A stretch of 64,000 bases of DNA from Eledone cirrhosa. Its lineage: Eukaryota. Positions within the stretch are counted from its first letter, which is position 1; each line of letters begins with the position of its first letter. Positions 1 through 13,408 of the stretch are shown one piece after another. A program made the translations under genes and the position numbers. The DNA lies in assembly GCA_964016885.1 (NCBI GenBank), contig OZ024741.1:80786001-80850000 (forward strand), in the 5' to 3' direction. The notes beneath the pieces were generated by a model. That model saw only the letters and a program-made list of their open reading frames with translations, was not told where the DNA came from and searched no databases.

Positions 1-201
1 TGATGAATTATAGAACCACACTCAAGGCAAAGTGCAGCACTGGATATTGAACTCCCGCCGACCCAGGAGGGGCCACACCCGACTGTGAATGGATTGCAAC
101 CTCCGGAGTCAATAATCTAAACGAAAACCACGTGGCGGAAATATAAATAACATGGCTGTCATAGACGGGTTTGGTTGTGAGTTCTCCCTTCTATATATAT
201 C

Positions 202-782
202 TGTAGTGACCTACATTCCGCGGGCTCACATACATTCTCTGTGCGTGATTTGGCTCAGTTCAGCCAATCAGCGCCAGTAGAAGAGGATGTATCCCTACGC
301 GCCCTGAGGAAGAAATTCCCCGCGAAGATTTGAAGAATCTCTCCCTTGTACCGGAAACTTCAAGCCAGCAACACGCATAATGTAACGGTGAGATTTGCAC
401 CCTAGCCTCGCCGGCTTAACGGCACAATGGCACATTCCGTTTTGTAACCTCTTTTTATCTGTAACTTCAACCATATAAATAAACATACATTTCATCTCTA
501 ATCGCTGCTGTTGAAATCGTTATTATGTTACTCGTGTCTCAATAACATCTATAATCCATGCTGCTGGAATTGGCGACCTGACGAAAGGAATATTGTAAAT
601 AGATGGTAAATAGATCGAGGGACCTTCCCTCACGTCTATGTCAACAAGATAATCCAACGAGGATACTATCACTTACCACACTGGCAACTAACGACCTTCA
701 ATCATCTACCCTGTTAAAGTAACGACCACTGATTCTACCACCCTGCTAAAGTGGCGACTACTCTATAACCAATACCGTTAAA
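202..782 (+). repeat. 5' LTR
   Basis: Direct repeat of 2384-2964 with only about 2 substitutions seen; contains CCAAT and AATAAA. Confidence 0.9.
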
Positions 783-2383
783 GTGGTGACCGACGTAAGA
801 ATTTAACGCAGCCCTTCTTTTTCATTCAGTTGAACTTTTATTGCCCCTTTGCCAACCTTTTCGCAACTTGCGAAGATACAAAATATTCCTTTTAAGATTT
901 TTGAAAAATTAGCAGTATTTCAAAAACTTTTTAGCCACGAAAAAATTTCAAGATGGCTACCGACATCTCCTGGCTACACTTGACAACAACAACAGCAGCA
1001 GCAGCGACAACATTGTTTAGCCACTGACCAAAGCAGGGAATAGTGAGTGGCAGCTTCATAGCCTTACCGACGCAAACCACCACACATCGGAAATTTCAGG
1101 ACGGCTTGTAGTTTTACCGACGCAACCACCATACCTTCTGTCTCGTTACCACAGGGACGCGAGAAATTGAGACAGTAGTTTTCTCACCATTATGGCGTCA
1201 GACGTGGCTGACATATTTGGTGACCGCTACTCTACAGAAGATTCTTTGACATTGCTTTAACAATAAGCAACACAACCGTGTGGCGGGACGGTAAAATGGC
1301 CACGAAAACTCACAAAAACACCATACATCTAACCCCTAACGGCATTAACAAACTTCTTTTTCAGTTTTCAGATAGAACTAGTGTCTGTACACTGGTGATG
1401 TGTGAACTATTTGACTTTGAAAAACTTTGAACTTATTGAGCAATTTCTCTGCTCCCTAGGATTGACTTTGAATTATCAGTTTGTTACATTCACATATTTC
1501 TTTGTAGAATGCATTTACTTGTTTTGTGCTCTTTTGCTATTTGTTTGCTCATGGTTTTTGTTCATTCACATTCTTTGCTGTTTTACATGCCTGCATATGC
1601 ACACATTTTTTTTATCACACACCAACATGTTGTTCTTGGTATATGTTCTTCAAACGTAATATTCTGCGAGTCCCCTTTCACCTGGTTGAGATGCTGTCAC
1701 ATGCTAGCAGCTCACAGAGCTTAATCCACTGGATTCAAACAGGCACCGCAACACGAGAATACTAATTGCAGCTGAACTCAAACAGTTTCGCATCTCGTTG
1801 CACACTGATCGTCCATGACGGCCATCCGTCTTGTTGTTTTTGCCCGACTCGCTGGGAAGGCAACAAATTGAACTGGACTTGTCAGCATTTCGGCCACTTC
1901 TGTGGATTCGCCCGAATTATGGAATTTACACTGCAACCCACCTACAGATTAAACTTGCCTTTTGTTCTTTACAAAGCAACCAGCCATTTTTTCCTGGCTC
2001 CACAGCACATTCGACAATACATCTGGGGGCCATCATTTTCTTGCCAGCACTGGTAAACTACCATAATAGCTTCGTTCACAGCTACTGGTACAACGCTTAC
2101 CATTAACATTTAATGCAAGAACAGCAACTTCGCCCATGTCAGACTTTATCTGTTTTCTGGTAGGCCCTTGAGGGTCTCGTTTAAACTACAAAACAGCTAG
2201 TCATTTGACAGCGGCTCAACACGGCCTGTCGCGCCTAATTTTTTTTGTTCTTACATGAATCTTTCTGCTCAATTATTTTTTCACTGATGTGCTCTTTCAG
2301 CATTTGTTCTTGCTGATTCAATAATATGTGGGTCCTTGGTTTCTTCGTTATCGATTTTCGGCTGAAAATCTGGTCGGAGGTGA

Positions 2384-2964
2384 TGTAGTGACCTACATTC
2401 CGCGGGCTCACATACATTCTCTGTGCGTGATTTGGCTCAGTTCAGCCAATCAGCGCCAGTAGAAGAGGATGTATCCCTACGCGCCCTGAGGAAGAAATTC
2501 CCCGCGAAGATTTGAAGAATCTCTCTCTTGTACCGGAAACTTCAAGCCAGCAACACGCATAATGTAACGGTGAGATTTGCACCCTAGCCTCGCCGGCTTA
2601 ACGGCACAATGGCACATTCCGTTTTGTAGCCTCTTTTTATCTGTAACTTCAACCATATAAATAAACATACATTTCATCTCTAATCGCTGCTGTTGAAATC
2701 GTTATTATGTTACTCGTGTCTCAATAACATCTATAATCCATGCTGCTGGAATTGGCGACCTGACGAAAGGAATATTGTAAATAGATGGTAAATAGATCGA
2801 GGGACCTTCCCTCACGTCTATGTCAACAAGATAATCCAACGAGGATACTATCACTTACCACACTGGCAACTAACGACCTTCAATCATCTACCCTGTTAAA
2901 GTAACGACCACTGATTCTACCACCCTGCTAAAGTGGCGACTACTCTATAACCAATACCGTTAAA
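2384..2964 (+). repeat. 3' LTR
   Basis: Direct repeat of 202-782, offset 2182 bp. Confidence 0.9.
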
Positions 2965-4061
2965 TATCTATATATTCTACAGAAATTTGCACTCACTATA
3001 ATAAACCCGCCTATTAGTATAACAATATATGCTCATTCTGCCATATGTGATTCTGGAAGCGGAGTTTCCTATATAGACTTTTTCTCTATATGTAACGGGA
3101 TAGCCATCACGATTTGTATTTACTGTGGTACAGTTGTATGCGGTGCGATACATTGGTTGAACGCCAACTTGGACATACAGTGAATTTTACCTGGCCCGTT
3201 GGATTAAGCGATCGAACGTGAGGATTTTGGGGAATGCCAGTTTCTGCGGACCTGGCGTGTTTTCAATTTCCTCACATCTGTGCCGGTTGTATATGTACCA
3301 TACATTTCTTTAACTCGTCGTACTTTCTTTTATTTTTTATTGTAGATTTTAGTTGTATATCCCAGACCGCCTATGGTGATAAATCCCCTGGGTATAGGTT
3401 TTGGAAAAATAGTGTTATCTCACTTAACGTTCGGAACTGGAACATATCGATGTGGTTCGTAGGGTGCGGATATGATAAGGAGAATAGACCTGTTACAAGG
3501 CGATATAATTGGAGTATACCATCCCTCACATGGACTATCATACATGTTAGGCTGCACCACTGCTAACCAACTATTCTTTTCACAGACTAATGCTTACAAA
3601 CTCTCTTGATCTGCATGTACACCCTCTTTTTGCACTGCTTGTGCTTTGATGCATCTATGCTTTGCTTTGTCTTATATTTTTGGGGGGTTTCCGGGCTTTT
3701 TGTTCCTTTATTGTTTTGTATTTATATATTTATCTCTTTTCTTATCCCTGTATTTTTGTACTTTTTTTTATTATTTTTTATTATTATTTTCTTATTGTTT
3801 CTGATCATGCTGAGTAATACCCTCACTCATCCCTTGCTACCCTCTCACAACCTCTTTATCATTTATTGCACCATTTAAGTAATAAATCTTTGGTGTAATT
3901 TTTAATTTTTAAATTTTAAAGACATTTTATGACATTATGTGCATCATGTATTCTGTCTTTTTCCATATAGCGCTGGCCTCGGGACCCCCTGCTGGTCCTT
4001 TAACCTTGTTCTGGTGACGCAGCTCGATGGAGCATGCAACTACTGATATACTCATGTTTAT

Positions 4062-4110
4062 AGGCTCTGATGATTCCTGCCATGTTGTATGGATGAAACA
4101 CTGTTAGCTA
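4062..4110 (+). ncRNA. Type I hammerhead ribozyme-like motif
   Basis: gct-CTGATGA(4067)-ttcc..ggat-GAAA(4095)-c-act-GTT-agc; stem I gct/agc. Confidence 0.6.
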
Positions 4111-4253
4111 ATAAAACAATCTATTTCTAAGCACTCTTTGGTTATTCCTATAACTACAACGGCTCTGTAGTATACTAGTTATCCTACATGAAGCTAAAAC
4201 CATACTGTCATACCAAGGGCAATATATCTGTCAACGAAATATATTTGTCAACG

Positions 4254-4291
<38 letters not shown>

Positions 4292-4292
4292 C

Positions 4293-4490
4293 AAAAGAGT
4301 TGGGACCCCGAGGGCTGAGCTCCGGCTGTTTCGACAGCTAGTTCCGAACTAGTTCGGATCTAGCTGTCGAACGACCGGAGCTCAGCCGTCGGGGTCCTAA
4401 CTATTTTCCTATTACCCACTTTACTACCCTAAATATAGAGTACTCTGGTGTGTTATGGTCCACCTGGTTTCTTATCACACTTTCTTTGTA
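4293..4490. mobile_element. Short fold-back element (Penelope pseudo-LTR family A) between microsatellites
   Basis: Hairpin gaccccga..ctgagctccgg..ttcgacagctag / ctagctgtcgaa..ccggagctcag..tcggggtc, plus a tail shared with 15515-15580, 44260-44320 and 58600-58700. Confidence 0.7.
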
Positions 4491-4494
4491 ATAT

Positions 4495-4568
<74 letters not shown>

Positions 4569-4572
<4 letters not shown>

Positions 4573-6399
4573 AGTATATTTACCAACATATGCGTACAGA
4601 TGTACACTAATGGTAGCAAATACATAAGTTATGTCATAGTACCTAGGTGGTTCAATGCAGGAGGATGCAGAACAATTATATGAAAGACGTAAAATAAGAA
4701 AATTTTAAAAATTAAAAATTAACTTACTTACTAAAATTTTCACTCCAACTAATTAGTTTCTGTAATGGGATAAAGATAGTTACGCAATGTAACCATCGAG
4801 AATTCATTACGTCATCAGGGAGTCTATTCTCAGCTAAGTATCCAGGCAATGCGCGGACACTAGGGACTCATATAAAAATAATAATAATTCGGTGGATGGA
4901 ACAGCTAGCGGGGACTGAATTCCAAAGCACTGAAAAAGTTCACTGTCTCTGGTCAAATGGCAGATTCTAAAGAATCAATCACGTGACACTGAGGCTAGTC
5001 GGAAGGAGTGGGGTGGTAAAATGACAAAGACCTACTACCACTACAATGAGTTAGTAGTGGATTTGGCAGGTTTGCTCAACAAATAAATAATTTGGAGATA
5101 AATATAGAGAGTTAGTATATTTACCAACATATCCGTACAGATGTACACTAATGGTAGCAAATACATAAGTTATGTCATAGTACCTAGGTGGTTCAATGGA
5201 TGCAGAACAATTATATGAAAGACGTAAAATAAGAAAATTTTAAAAATTAAAAATTAACTTACTTACTAAAATTTAAATTTTAGTAAGTTAATTTTTAAAT
5301 TTTTAAAATTTTCTTATTTTACGACTTTCATATAATTGTTCTGCATCCTCCTGCATTGAACCACCTAGGTACTATGACATAACTTATGTATTTGCTAGCA
5401 TTAGTGTACATCTGTACGCATATGTTGGTAAATATACTAATTCTCTATATTTATCTCCAAATTATTTATTTGTTGAGCAAACCTGCCAAATCCACTACTA
5501 ACTCATTGTAGTGGTAGTAGGTCTTTGTCATTTTACCACCCCACTCCTTCCGACTAGCCTCAGTGTCACGTGATTGATTCTTTAGAATCTGCCATTTGAT
5601 CAGAGACAGTGAACTTTTTCAGTGCTTTGGAATTCAGTCCCCGCTAGCTGTTCCATCCACCGAATTATTATTATTTTTATATGAGTCCCTAGTGTCCGCG
5701 CATTGCCTGGAGACTTAGCTGAGAATAGACTCCCTGATGACGTAATGAATTCTCGATGGTTACATTGCGTAACTATCTTTATCCCATTACAGAAACTAAT
5801 TAGTTGGAGTGAAAATTTTAGTAAGTTAATTTTTAATTTTTAAAATTTTCTTATTTTACGTCTTTTATATAATTGTTCTGCATCCTCCTGCATTGAACCA
5901 CCTAGGTACTATGACATAACTTATGTATTTGCTAGCATTAGTGTACATCTGTACGCATATGTTGGTAAATATACTAATTCTCTATATTTATCTCCAAATT
6001 ATTTATTTGTTGAGCAAACCTGCCAAATCCACTACTAACTCATTGTAGTGGTAGTAGGTCTTTGTCATTTTACCACCCCACTCCTTCCGACTAGCCTCAG
6101 TGTCACGTGATTGATTCTTTAGAATCTGCCATTTGACCAGAGACAGTGAACTTTTTCAGTGCTTTGGAATTCAGTCCCCGCTAGCTGTTCCATCCACCGA
6201 ATTATTATTATTTTTATATGAGTCCCTAGTGTCCGCGCATTGCCTGGAGACTTAGCTGAGAATAGACTCCCTGATGACATAATGAATTCTCGATGGTTAC
6301 ATTGCGTAACTATCTTTATCCCATTACAGAAACTAATTAGTTGGAGTGAAAATTTTAGTAAGTTAATTTTTAATTTTTAAAATTTTCTTATTTTACGTC

Positions 6400-6405
<6 letters not shown>
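4569..6405. repeat. ~540-bp hammerhead-bearing unit in tandem and head-to-head inverted arrangement
   Basis: Unit repeats at 4571/5112 and 5341/5878; symmetry centre near 5275 (tactaaaatttaaattttagta). Confidence 0.9.
5729..5810 (+). ncRNA. Type I hammerhead ribozyme (further copies at 6266-6347 + and 4742-4823 -)
   Basis: actcc-CTGATGA-cgtaatg...cattaca-GAAA-c-taatta-GTT-ggagt; stems I, II and a palindromic stem III all pair. Confidence 0.8.
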
Positions 6406-6478
<73 letters not shown>

Positions 6479-6740
6479 TAACAAGTTAAAGTTTAAGCAA
6501 AGAATCGGTGCTTTCACCCTTAACGGGATCTTCTGAAACTAAAAACGTCAACCTATGAACGCAGAAGTAAATATTTCAAAAAACGTTGCAACCGAACGAA
6601 GACAGGAAGACGATACTTTGGTTCGTGGAAACGTTCCCTGGCAAAGAACGGAAAAAATTTGCTCTACGGTTCTTATATACCTGATATATATTTATCCTTA
6701 TCGAGCCCTCTTTGGATTTTAGTCTTCAAATTTTTATTAT

Positions 6741-6778
<38 letters not shown>

Positions 6779-6878
6779 GATAAATGAAACAAACAAAATA
6801 ACATAAAAAAGTAAAACAAAACACAGGATGCAAATTTACGCAGTTATATTGGGTTCACGCCTGGAGGAAGTGGGGGGA

Positions 6879-6915
6879 GGTTTCAACGTTTCGGACAGAA
6901 GTTCTTCTTCAGGAA
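6879..6915 (-). ncRNA. Minimal hammerhead ribozyme-like motif
   Basis: Minus strand reads tttc-CTGAAGA-agaacttctgtcc-GAAAC-GTT-gaaa. Confidence 0.6.
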
Positions 6916-7102
6916 AGTTCAGATAAGGAGAGAACAGATAAACGTAAGAGTAGTGTGAGAAGGTTAGAGAAGGAAGTTAAAGGAAAAAAGGTGATAAGGG
7001 ATGTGGGTAAAACGTCCGACCTGGGCAGGGTGTATGGGAGTGGCATGGGTGTGATTGTGTGTATGTCGAAGGGAAATATATATACATATATATACACACA
7101 CA

Positions 7103-7138
<36 letters not shown>

Positions 7139-7298
7139 ACAGAAAAAAGAGAATCAGTGTTGCGACGAAAGGAATTTATTGGACATATTACAATCGCAAC
7201 ATTGATTCTCTTTTTTCTGTGATATCATAGTCTGCTTTACGAGGGCATCGAGTGCTCATACGGCCTACCGCATACGGACGCTTTAAGCATCCAACACC

Positions 7299-7374
<76 letters not shown>

Positions 7375-7624
7375 CAAAAATAATAATGCTGATATTACAT
7401 AAATCGTTTATTCATTATGATTATTTCAACGGTACTCCATGGAATCGAGAAGTCCTTCATGCATTTGTTGTTGTTATGAGAACAGTATCCTCAGATGAAA
7501 TCCAATTTAGTGATATGCTGCCGGCAGGAAAAACACACGTTCTTCTGCTCGTGTGTCTATCAGACATGTGAGTTCCTGAAAGGGTCTCCCAGCCGTCGTG
7601 TTTGCTGGAGTAAGGTGCTATCTA

Positions 7625-8475
<851 letters not shown>

Positions 8476-8476
8476 A

Positions 8477-8832
8477 TTCGATCCAAGAGCTTCCCCTTGA
8501 TCTTCCTTAAGGAGTAGACTTGCTAACGATCCTTTTCTATGCAGAATAATGATCCATTGATGAAAATTGGTTACCGTACAAAAATATCCAAAGAAAACGA
8601 CAATGGTTATCACCAAATGAAAAGAGGGAACTGCACACAAACCATGACTACGCCCAGAAAACGTTATCTTCTGTTTGATGGGATATGACGGGTATATTCT
8701 ATTATGAAGTGTTGAACTCAGGCGAGACAATTAATGCTGATACGATTTGTCACCAACTGGAATCATTACATAAACATTTGGTTAAAAAGCGACCAGCATT
8801 GACAAATCGTAATGGTGTCTTGCTCCTACACT
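8477..8832 (+). pseudogene. mariner transposase fragment
   Basis: Frameshifted reading resembles PFLCRI..DE.W..Y.N..RKRQW...GILYYEVLNSGETINAD..KKRPALTNRNGV. Confidence 0.75.
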
Positions 8833-9178
8833 ACAAAATATTTACAACTGTATTTCATCAGTGATATGAAATCTCAAGCACAGACAAAATATGAAGTTTC
8901 AAATATACCGTAGAAAAAGTTTTGAATGGAATTTCATTATTTTCTTTAACCTGCTATAGGTATTGTAACGTCCAGTTATTTCAGGTTCACCAGAATGAGC
9001 ACTCGATGTGTAGTTTCCAGTAAGTATAGAGGTGTATAACTAAGCAGAGGTCGATGAGCTTTTGATTCCTGAGTCGGGCTAGATCGATACAGATCGAACC
9101 ATGAGCTGATCGATAGCGAAATGCGCGTCACTACTCAATAAATGTAATGAAGACATAATAAATCGTCCATTTTATTGT

Positions 9179-9245
<67 letters not shown>

Positions 9246-9597
9246 CGGAGAAAGCTAAAAGCGATACTCCGGCCAAATTATAGAAGATATATATATATAT
9301 ATTGATGATTTATATGTGCCCACCTGCATATATTCCTACGGAATATGTGAAGGCTTCTACATAACCCGGACATATTCTCCCAACTTGTAGAAAACTTATA
9401 ATGAAACAATTGTTTGGAAAGGGAGATATATTTTATTATGTCTCATATAAAATAATACAACTGGCTATCCGCAAAATACATATAGTTAGCACCCCAAGCG
9501 TAAAATTGGGATTATACTAAGGTATATCCTAATGTTTGTTGAGTGAGATGGAAGCCAGTCAGAGTATAGCTTAAAGCTTTCTCTGTTAATGTATTGA

Positions 9598-9647
<50 letters not shown>

Positions 9648-9849
9648 TCTATAATTTTCTGCAGATGCAGGGGAGTGCGTGGTTTTGATAAACGCCAAAC
9701 AGCGAGAAACAGACTGTCAGCCACTCTCCCTTTCTTTGCCGAAGATAAGTAAGTGACATAGTCACTACTTTAAAACTGATAGCGAATGGTCTTCTAAATG
9801 TTTTTAATTAAACATACGGCATATTGCCAAATATACAATACATACATTC

Positions 9850-9909
<60 letters not shown>

Positions 9910-10118
9910 CAGCTCACACCTATGCAGGTTTAGCTGGGCTCCTCCAAGTTATATCTCGTTAGAGGTGTCTTGGGTAATTTAATGATAGGGATCCCAGTCC
10001 TATCATCTCATTTCTACAGCTGAGTAAACTCGAGCAACGTGAAATAAAGTGTCTTGTTCAAGGAAACAACGCATCAACCGGCTCGAGAATTAAACTCACA
10101 ACCTTTCGATTGTAAGCC

Positions 10119-13100
10119 CAATGGTTCTCAACCTGTTTTTGCCAGCGGCACACCTTGGAACACATGAAAAAATAGCGGCACATCTGCTGGCTAAATATAT
10201 ATGAAAAATATTTGAATTTTACAAAATAAAACAAAATAAAAACATGGCATGTCATAGACGGCATACAACCGTAGACACAGACTAGTCATAGACGGCATAC
10301 AACCGTAGACACAGACTAGTCATAGACGGCATACAACCGTAGACACAGACTAGTCATAGACGGCATACAACCGTAGACACAGACAAGTCATAGATGGCAT
10401 ACAACCGTAGACACAGACTAGTCATAGACGGAATACAACCGTAGACACAGACAAGTCATAGACGGCATACAACCGTAGACACAGACTAGTCATAGACGGC
10501 ATACAACCGTAGACACAGACTAGTCATATACGGCATACAACCGTAGACACAGACTAGTCATAGACGGCATACAACCGTAGACACAGACTAGTCATAGACG
10601 GTATACAACCGTAGACACAGACTAGCCATAGACGGCATACAACCGTAGACACAGACTAGCCATAGACGGTATACAACCGTAGACACAGACTAGTCATAGA
10701 CGGCATACAACCGTAGACACAGACTAGTCATAGACGGCATACAACCGTAGACACAGACTAGCCATAGACGGTATACAACCGTAGACACAGACTAGCCATA
10801 GACGGTATACAACCGTAGACACAGACAAGTCATAGACGGCATACAACCGTAGACACAGACAAGTCATAGACGGCATACAACCGTAGACACAGACTAGTCA
10901 TAGACGGCATACAACCGTAGACACAGACTAGTCATAGACGGCATACAACTGTAGACACATACTAGTCATAGACGGCATACAACCGTAGACACAGACTAGT
11001 CATAGACGGCATACAACCGTAGACACAGACTAGTCATAGACGGCATACAACCGTAGACACAGACTAGCCATAGACGGCATACAACCGTAGACACAGACTA
11101 GTCATAGACGCCATACAACCGTAGACACAGACTAGTCATAGACGGCATACAACTGTAGACACAGACTAGTCATAGACGGCATACAACCGTAGACACAGAC
11201 TAGTCATAGACGGCATACAACCGTAGACACAGACTAGTCATAGACGGCATACAACCGTAGACACAGACTAGTCATAGACGGCATACAACTGTAGACACAG
11301 ACAAGTCATAGACGGCATACAACCGTAGACACAGACTAGTCATAGACGGCATACAACTCTAGACACAGACTAGTCATAGACGGCATACAACCGTAGACAC
11401 AGACTAGTCATAGACGGCATACAACCGTAGACACAGACTAGCCATAGACGGTATACAACCGTAGACACAGACTAGCCATAGACGGTATACAACCGTAGAC
11501 ACAGACAAGTCATAGACGGCATACAACCGTAGACACAGACAAGTCATAGACGGCATACAACCGTAGACACAGACTAGTCATAGACGGCATACAACCGTAG
11601 ACACAGACTAGTCATAGACGGCATACAACTGTAGACACATACTAGTCATAGACGGCATACAACCGTAGACACAGACTAGTCATAGACGGCATACAACCGT
11701 AGACACAGACTAGTCATAGACGGCATACAACCGTAGACACAGACTAGCCATAGACGGCATACAACCGTAGACACAGACTAGTCATAGACGCCATACAACC
11801 GTAGACACAGACTAGTCATAGACGGCATACAACTGTAGACACAGACTAGTCATAGACGGCATACAACCGTAGACACAGACTAGTCATAGACGGCATACAA
11901 CCGTAGACACAGACTAGTCATAGACGGCATACAACCGTAGACACAGACTAGTCATAGACGGCATACAACTGTAGACACAGACAAGTCATAGACGGCATAC
12001 AACCGTAGACACAGACTAGTCATAGACGGCATACAACTCTAGACACAGACTAGTCATAGACGGCATACAACCGTAGACACAGACTAGTCATAGACGGCAT
12101 ACAACCGTAGACACAGACTAGTCATAGACGGCATACAACTGTAGACACAGACTAGTCATAGACGGCATACAACCGTAGACACAGACTAGTCATAGACGGC
12201 ATACAACTGTAGACACAGACAAGTCATAGACGGCATACAACCGTAGACACAGACTAGTCATAGACGGCATACAACCGTAGACACAGACTAGTCATAGACG
12301 GCATACAACCGTAGACACAGACAAGTCATAGACGGCATACAACCGTAGACACAGACTAGTCATAGACGGCATACAACCGTAGACACAGACTAGTCATAGA
12401 CGGCATACAACTGTAGACACATACTAGTCATAGACGGCATACAACCGTAGACACAGACTAGTCATAGACGGCATACAACTGTAGACACAGACAAGTCATA
12501 GACGGCATACAACCGTAGACACAGACTAGTCATAGACGGCATACAACTGTAGACACAGACTAGTCATAGACGGCATACAACCGTAGACACAGACTAGTCA
12601 TAGACGGCATACAACTGTAGACACATACTAGTCATAGACGGCATACAACCGTAGACACAGACTAGTCATAGACGGCATACAACCGTAGACACAGACTAGT
12701 CATAGACGGCATACAACCGTAGACACAGACTAGTCATAGACGGCATACAACCGTAGACACAGACTAGCCATAGACGGCATACAACCGTAGACACAGACTA
12801 GTCATAGACGGCATACAACCGTAGACACAGACTAGTCATAGACGGCATACAACTGTAGACACAGACTAGTCATAGACGGCATACAACCGTAGACACAGAC
12901 TAGTCATAGACGGCATACAACCGTAGACACAGACTAGTCATAGACGGCATACAACCGTAGACACAGACTAGTCATAGACGGCATACAACTGTAGACACAG
13001 ACAAGTCATAGACGGCATACAACCGTAGACACAGACTAGTCATAGACGGCATACAACTGTAGACACAGACTAGTCATAGACGGCATACAACCGTAGACAC

Positions 13101-13202
13101 AGACTAGTCATAGACGGCATACAACCGTAGACACAGACTAGTCATAGACATTTTCTTAGTGTGCCGTTCAAAATTTCGCGGCACACTGGTTGAGAATCAC
13201 TG
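10119..13202. mobile_element. hAT (Charlie-like) MITE carrying an expanded minisatellite
   Basis: TIRs caatggttctcaacc (10119) and ggttgagaatcactg (13188-13202); subterminal cggcacac motifs; CTCTAGCC at the right flank. Confidence 0.75.
10251..13149. repeat. 34-bp minisatellite, about 85 copies
   Basis: Unit gtcatagacggcatacaaccgtagacacagacta repeated head-to-tail with few variants. Confidence 0.97.
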
Positions 13203-13327
13203 CTCTAGCCACTAAGCCATGCGCCTTCACATATAAATATATATATATACATATAGTAATAATAATGCGATTCTTTGCTTAAACTTTAATCTGTTATTTT
13301 AATAAATATATATACATATATATATAA

Positions 13328-13405
<78 letters not shown>

Positions 13406-13408
<3 letters not shown>

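Larger units (their letters stand above)
202..2964 (+). mobile_element. Internally deleted (non-autonomous) Gypsy-type LTR retrotransposon
   Basis: Two near-identical 581-bp direct repeats (202-782, 2384-2964) starting TGTAGTG. TATC target duplication at 198-201 and 2965-2968. PBS-like TGGTGACCGACGT at 784 resembles the complement of the tRNA-Trp 3' end. Purine-rich GGAGGTGA precedes the 3' LTR. The interior holds decayed protease-like (GRQQIELDLSAFRPLLW) and integrase-end-like sequence. Confidence 0.88.
9908..13230 (-). mobile_element. tRNA-derived SINE split by a MITE insertion
   Basis: 9908-10118 plus 13203-13230 match the uninterrupted copy at 40020-40262; contains tccttgaacaagacactt on the minus strand. 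Confidence 0.8.

Noticed and set aside
295-495. Duplicated 66-aa ORF (also 2477-2677)
   Set aside because: Lies antisense within the LTRs and has no recognisable motif
3000-3600. Possible Penelope GIY-YIG remnant upstream of the 4067 hammerhead
   Set aside because: Only a weak CAGC-like motif; too decayed to support
10251-13149. CRISPR-like array
   Set aside because: Units are contiguous with no unique spacers, there are no cas genes, and the context is eukaryotic; it is a minisatellite
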